From contig JBJXGB010000222.1 of assembly GCA_046152935.1 (NCBI GenBank), positions 1,648-65,647 on the forward strand: DNA of 64,000 bases, given 5' to 3'. The notes under the pieces are model-generated. The model did no database searches, was not told the origin of the DNA, and saw only the letters and a program-made list of their open reading frames with translations. This document shows positions 59,801 through 64,000 of the stretch, piece after piece. A program made the translations under genes and the position numbers. The stretch is from Cytophagales bacterium. Its GTDB lineage: Bacteria; Bacteroidota; Bacteroidia; Cytophagales; UBA9547. Within the stretch, counting starts at the first letter, position 1. The number at the start of each line of letters is the position of its first letter.

Positions 59801-60006
59801 GCGATGGTCTAAACATAGTAACAGGCTGTGTAGATAATTTAATCAGAATTTATCCGACCAATGCAGAATCTATGGCCGATAAAATATGCTCGAAATTAAA
59901 ACGCAACATGACACCTGCCGAATGGACTGCCTATGTAGCCAAGGATATTAGCTTTGAAGAAACATGCCCAGGATTGCCTCAAGGTAGAAATCAAGAATTG
60001 GAATAG
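56857..60006 (+). CDS. STAND-type P-loop NTPase - single TM helix - coiled coil - WD40 repeat protein
   Basis: NPFPGLRPFSMDESHLFFGRE + Walker A GSSGSGKSS (57040-57063) + Walker B ILLIVDQFEELF. TM helix TALFLGVLTVLALVAFVYSFIL (58381-58446) preceded by RKR..R. ~125-aa A/K/E/Q coiled coil. At least 6 WD40 repeats (GHSDAVRGVVF...GSDGKVLKW; GHRSRINDLKF...SFDGSVRMWD). The ATG overlaps the upstream stop (ATGA). Confidence 0.8.
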   Translation: MTPEINTNQDVAKQKLVKNHSNPFPGLRPFSMDESHLFFGREGQSDEVLRKISENKFVAVIGSSGSGKSSFIYCGVIPILYGGFLTKIGTNWDVIVTRPGGGPIDNLAESIAKKDKNYSSLTREEKTLQKTITSTLLRSSSLGITEAVSKYTETENTNILLIVDQFEELFRFKKNEENEGSSESLAYVNLLVDAVQNAGNHIYVAATMRSDFIGECAQFPQLTRLINQSNYLIPQMTREQKRSAIFGPVSVGGAKITPRLLQQILGDLGDNPDQLPIMAHSLMRTWDYWQTNKEDNEPMDLPHYEAIGTMSGALSQHANEAYDELNAREKEICAILFKCLTEKTGDSDGIRRPTRVNVISKIANCTDDEIINIVEVFRKPGRSLIMPPFGVNLSPNSIVDISHESLMRIWVRLKNWVDEEGQAVEMYLRLSDAASKYQTGKSGMWRPPDLQLALNWQEKNIPTLEWAVRYNPAYERTMVFLETSKKAFETEQKVKEEQQRKRLAQATRTALFLGVLTVLALVAFVYSFILKIEADKQTGLAKESQLQAIKQSKLATKNAKLAEEQRIIASAKEKEAVLQSEEAKHQKELALVAADEANLQKSFAQKSLVRANVQTKIAEEQKALALLNEQKAKDSQIKAERAQTDASRQRFLSIAQAMSVKSLQILDTTTKVLVAQQAFKYNRDFKGNPHSHDVYDGLYYATKFLFHDNHNSLKGHSDAVRGVVFAPNGDLYTAGSDGKVLKWSMENGIYKSVLFHKNSFINRNIIISSNGKWLALVGEAPFIQLFDLSNPNSKPKKLYGHKGQIWTATFMPDNQNLVSIGSDSSILMRNLDTDKYFLVAKTSTKVKTLATSSVGNYIAGGDEIGNIFVWDVGKTKAPMVITSKNLKKIQSLSISLDGKYLAAGDEHGLVKIWDAFDNFKLTANLTGHRSRINDLKFDPKSEVLATASFDGSVRMWDLDHLNEQPITLRDHNSWVWSVAFTGDGLNIVTGCVDNLIRIYPTNAESMADKICSKLKRNMTPAEWTAYVAKDISFEETCPGLPQGRNQELE

Positions 60007-60042
60007 CCATAAATTATTACTTTAATAGACTTATTATAGAAA

Positions 60043-61110
60043 ATGTCAATTCGTATTTTCAAAAAAGCAATTCAATACATGTTGCCATTCGTAGTGTTTG
60101 CTTCTTCCGCACAAATCCCACTTAAAAGTTCGTGTAGTCAAAAGCTAAAGGAGATGCAAAAAAACTATGAGCAAGGCATTTTATCCACCATAGCAAACGA
60201 TTTGGAAGATTGTATGTTTGACGGATTTACAAAAACCGAAAAATTGCAAGGCTATAGGCTCATTATTCTTTCTTATTTGTTTCTTGATGAGAACAGAAAT
60301 GCCGAGAAAAAAATGAACGAGTTGTTGGTATATGAGCCTGATTACCAACCAAATAAAGCTTTAGATCCGGTTGAATATGTAAAACTTTACGAATCTTTCA
60401 ATGTATTGCCCAATATTTCGTTTGGCGTAAGTATAGGTGCGAATCAAAGTGCTGTAAATGCTGGATCGACCTACGGAGTTGGAAATACGGAGGTCATTCC
60501 AGTAAAATTTACTGGTGGAATTGGCTTAAATTTTGGCGTTTGTGCAGATTTACTTCTCTATAAAAATCTATTCTTGACTGTTGAAGGATATTATACAACA
60601 AAAAACTTTAGTTCTAAGCAACCCATTCTTAACTCCTCAGAACTCAATACCACCGAAAGTCAAACATCTATTAGCACTCCGCTCACCTTAAAATACTCAA
60701 TTGGCACCCGAAAAATAAGATTTTTTGTGCGATCAGGCTTTTCATTAGATTACTTACTAAGCTCTCAAAACGAATTGATAAGAAAAAACATTATTACAGA
60801 CCAAAACGACTTTGCGGGAGCCAGTATAAGTATGGATAGTCAAAGAAATAAAATTAACTTTTCGGCAGTATTTGGGGGTGGCATTACCTACAAATTAGGG
60901 TACGGTTTTGCCTTCATCGATGCTAGGTATTTGTACGGCCTCACCAATTATTCTAATTCAAAAGTTAGATATAATTTTTTCGACACCCAAGTCACTAATT
61001 ATGGCTATGTCGACCCAGATTTTGGATTAAATAATGTTCAGTTGAGTATAGGATATATGTATTCTCTCTATAAAGTAAAGAAGAAAAAAAGTAATTTTAT
61101 CATTGATTAA
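60043..61110 (+). CDS. outer-membrane beta-barrel protein with N-terminal helical (TPR-like) domain
   Basis: Signal peptide (MLPFVVFASSAQ). ~95-aa helical region. Then alternating beta-strand pattern typical of small OM barrels (FGVSIGANQS, GGGITYKLGYGFAFIDARYLYGL, LSIGYMYSL). Confidence 0.6.
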   Translation: MSIRIFKKAIQYMLPFVVFASSAQIPLKSSCSQKLKEMQKNYEQGILSTIANDLEDCMFDGFTKTEKLQGYRLIILSYLFLDENRNAEKKMNELLVYEPDYQPNKALDPVEYVKLYESFNVLPNISFGVSIGANQSAVNAGSTYGVGNTEVIPVKFTGGIGLNFGVCADLLLYKNLFLTVEGYYTTKNFSSKQPILNSSELNTTESQTSISTPLTLKYSIGTRKIRFFVRSGFSLDYLLSSQNELIRKNIITDQNDFAGASISMDSQRNKINFSAVFGGGITYKLGYGFAFIDARYLYGLTNYSNSKVRYNFFDTQVTNYGYVDPDFGLNNVQLSIGYMYSLYKVKKKKSNFIID

Positions 61111-61111
61111 T

Positions 61112-62386
61112 ATGCGATTATCTTTATTCAACAAATCATCGATTTGCCTTTTAATATTTTTTTCAATCGTCAATTTTGTGGGCTGCAATAGAATTGATGT
61201 ATCTCCCAATCTATCGAAAGCGTTCATAAAATTTTATGGGGGAAATGGCTCAGAAATTTCTTCTAAAATGCTGCTGTTGAACGATGGTTCTTTCTTGATG
61301 CTGGGCACAAGCTCCTCTTTCAACACAAATGACACAACAGATATTTATTTGGTGAAATCCAATGACAAAGGCAATAAAATTTGGGAAAAAAACTATGGCA
61401 ATGGTCTTTTTGAAATCGCAGAGGTAATACGCAAATCGACCGACAATACGGTGGTGATGCTTGGCACTTCTGGCGATGTAGCCACAGGAAATGCAAGCAT
61501 TTATCTTGCTAAAATCAACCCAAACGATGGTGCATTGGTTTGGCAAAAAACATTAAAAAACAACAACAAAAGTACATACGGTTATGATCTTTCTGTTGAT
61601 GCCAGTGGTTCAATATTTGTGGTGGGTGCTACGGACACGCTTACGAATATTGGCCTGTTGAAAAATGTATATATCACCAAATTAAATGCAGACGGTTCGG
61701 AAAATAACACCATTCCTACCCTAGGGCTAGATAGCAGAAATAATCTTGCTAGAAACATTATTGACATCAATGGCAATGAGGTTTCTTGCTTGGTAAATAC
61801 CACTATTTCTGTTGATGTAAACGGCTCTCCACAGACACAAGCTTCCCCTATTTTTGTAAATATTAAGCTTGATGTTGGTCGAGCTACATTGCAAGTAAAC
61901 AAAAGCTCGCCACAAATCGGTGAATTGAGCATACAAAATGCTAACCAGATGAAAAAAACAGCTGATGGGGGTTACATCGTAGTGGGCTCCTGTATAAAAA
62001 ACGGAGTCAAAAATATGTATTTACTCAAATTGGATAAGGATTTTAACAAAACTGACGGCAAAGGTTGGTTTCAGTTTTATAGTGATGAGGGCGATAGTGA
62101 AGGCTTAAATGTGATCCAATGCACTGATGGGGGCTATGCGGTTTGTGGCACTACCTTTTCGAATACTTTTAATAATAATATTGCACTGCTTCGTACCAAT
62201 GCCAATGGCGATGCATTGTTTATGAAAAATTATGGCGGAACTGGCAATGATTTGGGGACAGATATTACCCAAACAAACGATGGTGGATTTGCCATTTTGA
62301 GCACCATAGAATTATTAAATTCACCACAAAACAGGCCCGTGATGTCGCTCCTAAAGACCAATGCCAATGGTAATTTAGAAAACTAA
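61112..62386 (+). CDS. lipoprotein built from ~6-7 beta-propeller-like repeats
   Basis: Lipobox NFVGC. Repeats of the form [DG]G[GS][FY].[IV].G.T......D.[YL]L.K.N..G...W (e.g. DGSFLMLGTSSS...DIYLVKSNDKGNKIW; DGGYAVCGTTFS...IALLRTNANGDALF). ATG 1 nt after the upstream stop. Alternative TTG at 61103. Confidence 0.6.
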   Translation: MRLSLFNKSSICLLIFFSIVNFVGCNRIDVSPNLSKAFIKFYGGNGSEISSKMLLLNDGSFLMLGTSSSFNTNDTTDIYLVKSNDKGNKIWEKNYGNGLFEIAEVIRKSTDNTVVMLGTSGDVATGNASIYLAKINPNDGALVWQKTLKNNNKSTYGYDLSVDASGSIFVVGATDTLTNIGLLKNVYITKLNADGSENNTIPTLGLDSRNNLARNIIDINGNEVSCLVNTTISVDVNGSPQTQASPIFVNIKLDVGRATLQVNKSSPQIGELSIQNANQMKKTADGGYIVVGSCIKNGVKNMYLLKLDKDFNKTDGKGWFQFYSDEGDSEGLNVIQCTDGGYAVCGTTFSNTFNNNIALLRTNANGDALFMKNYGGTGNDLGTDITQTNDGGFAILSTIELLNSPQNRPVMSLLKTNANGNLEN

Positions 62387-62424
62387 TGTCATCGTTTCAA
62401 GACTCAAATCAAAATAGTATATCC

Positions 62425-64000
62425 ATGAAAATAAAATTAACTTTATTATTTCAGGTATTTGCCCTCTTTATTTTTTTTTGTTGCCAAGGTCAAATCAATG
62501 TTTCACCTGCTACTGGAGGGATAAATATTTGTACTGGTTCGGTCGCAACTCTTTCGAATATTACAATTACAGCATCTAATATAAATGATTTTAATAATGG
62601 TTCGAACACCAACGATGATGGCTACAAATTATTTTTGCCAACGGGTTTCATTTTTGCTGAAGTGCCAGCTGTCACTACCATATCTGGCTCTACTAATATT
62701 GAAATAGATTATGGATATGTAGGTACAGTTACATCATCTACATTTCGATTTAGATATTCTACTTCGGGTTCAGTTGCAGTAAATGACGGTTTTGTCATTT
62801 CAAATATAAAAGTATTGTCTACCTCTGCTGGATTTGGTTTTATTACAAGAATTAATGATGGTCTGTTAAACAACGATGCGACTGTAACAGGAAGTTATGG
62901 CATAAATTATGGTTTGCTTTCAAGTATCAACACACCGAATTTAACGCCAATAGTAGCTAATGCATCAGTCTGCGGGGCAGATTTGATTAGTTTTGTACCC
63001 AACACAGTGTCAGGAGTTAGCTACAATTTTTACACGATGAGCAATAATTTGGTGGCCATGAATGCTACCTCTTACTCAAAAACCTATGCGAATGGTGTAG
63101 TTGAGAGCTTTCAAATTGCGCCAGTTTCTGGAATCTGCCAAGCAAATAATAGTCTTTGGGCTACCGTTACTGGCACTTCCTTCAATGTACCTTCTGCACC
63201 GTCTGCAGCAAACACCACTAGCCAATTAAGCGTATGCGAAGGTTCGGGGTCAAATCCTACACTGTCTGTCACGGGCGGAACATTATTCAACTGGTACGCA
63301 GATCAGAATCTCACTATTTTACTTGGGTCATCTTCTGGTGGCTACATTCCTTCACCTGCAATCATTACGTCAGCTGCGGGTGCAAATTTCGACTATTATG
63401 TCACTAGCAAGCAAGGAGATTGCGAAAGTCCTTCGAGAAAAATATCAGTAACGGTAACAGATGTGCCTAGCTTTTTGATTACAAATTTGTCATCGAGCTA
63501 TTGTGCTAGTTCTCAATCTATTACGATAAATGCATTCCCAACTATTTCAGGTGCAAATGGCATATTTACTGCTACAAAACTTTCGGGACCAGGAAATATT
63601 TCAAATTTTTTAACTTTTACTGGCGGTAATTATAGCGTATCACCTGCCAATGTCACAGGATTAAGTTCAACTACTGGCACAAATATAAATTTGATATATA
63701 CTGTAACTGTAAATGGATGTGTTTCAACTGCTTCAAATACTACCAATATATTTGCTTTGCCATCTGTAGATTTTGTTTTGCCAAGTAGCCCTACTCTTGG
63801 TTTAATTAGGGATACTGACCCTCCTTTCTCATTGGTAGGAAGCCCTGCAGATGGTAGTTTTGCAGGAACTGGTGTTGCAGGCAATGATTTTGACGTACGA
63901 TTATTAACAACTGGTACTTACACAGTTACGTACACTGCCAGCTTAAATGGATGTACAAACAGTATCAACAAAAACATTACTGTAGTAACCAATACAGGCA
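62425..64000 (+). CDS. large secreted cell-surface protein with Cys-containing Ig-like repeats, 5' part (runs off the right edge)
   Basis: Own translation: MKIKLTLLFQVFALFIFFCCQGQINVSPATGG..., open to position 64000. Recurring units with C.G/NGC and '...WY' (LSVCEGSGSNPTLSVTGGTLFNWYAD...GDCESPSRKISVTV). These resemble Ig-like repeats of Cytophaga-type gliding/T9SS adhesins. Confidence 0.6.
   Translation, partial: MKIKLTLLFQVFALFIFFCCQGQINVSPATGGINICTGSVATLSNITITASNINDFNNGSNTNDDGYKLFLPTGFIFAEVPAVTTISGSTNIEIDYGYVGTVTSSTFRFRYSTSGSVAVNDGFVISNIKVLSTSAGFGFITRINDGLLNNDATVTGSYGINYGLLSSINTPNLTPIVANASVCGADLISFVPNTVSGVSYNFYTMSNNLVAMNATSYSKTYANGVVESFQIAPVSGICQANNSLWATVTGTSFNVPSAPSAANTTSQLSVCEGSGSNPTLSVTGGTLFNWYADQNLTILLGSSSGGYIPSPAIITSAAGANFDYYVTSKQGDCESPSRKISVTVTDVPSFLITNLSSSYCASSQSITINAFPTISGANGIFTATKLSGPGNISNFLTFTGGNYSVSPANVTGLSSTTGTNINLIYTVTVNGCVSTASNTTNIFALPSVDFVLPSSPTLGLIRDTDPPFSLVGSPADGSFAGTGVAGNDFDVRLLTTGTYTVTYTASLNGCTNSINKNITVVTNTG

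Noticed and set aside
1-64000. Window-wide look for rRNA, tRNA (T-loop GGTTCGAATCC-like strings), CRISPR repeats, transposase/integrase/recombinase genes, and long direct or inverted repeats flanking the 52-62 kb cluster.
   Set aside because: None was recognised by eye. A tRNAscan/Infernal/ISfinder/self-dot-plot run would be needed to exclude them formally.

Overview
Low-GC chromosomal segment that looks Bacteroidota-like from gene order and protein sequences. The exact taxon cannot be determined by eye. All family and domain calls come from reading the supplied translations and the DNA. No searches were run.

(1) 1-24 kb holds core translation genes. rpsL-rpsG-fusA-rpsJ lie on the + strand. 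dnaA, carA and the complete rplC...rplQ (S10-spc-alpha) block lie on the - strand. The normally contiguous rpsJ|rplC junction is therefore broken, and the two ribosomal blocks converge on dnaA. I added rpmJ and rpmD, which are missing from the ORF track.

(2) 24-52 kb is mostly housekeeping:
- TetR regulator, fabI, pyrB/pyrR, a GT4+GH57 alpha-glucan pair, DUF4290, murA and a MoxR ATPase.
- sufS-sufE, then two tandem Uma2/DUF820 nuclease-like paralogues, then a DUF59 protein and a bacilliredoxin.
- DUF3098, uppP and truB.
- A loose envelope cluster: VWA membrane protein, lipoprotein, OM barrel, PD40/OmpA protein.
- galK, a coiled-coil OmpA lipoprotein, comB and gcvT.

(3) 52.1-62.4 kb is the stand-out. 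It is a tightly packed, partly translationally coupled five-gene cluster:
- a 12-TM/HEAT/cyclic-nucleotide-binding-like membrane protein;
- a protein made of three tandem TIR-like modules;
- a STAND-type P-loop NTPase with one TM helix, a long coiled coil and WD40 repeats;
- an outer-membrane beta-barrel protein;
- a beta-propeller-like lipoprotein.
I interpret this as a candidate undescribed envelope-spanning TIR/STAND conflict (defence) or signalling system. It is followed by the 5' part of a large Ig-repeat adhesin gene.

No rRNA, tRNA, CRISPR array, transposase or integrase was recognised.
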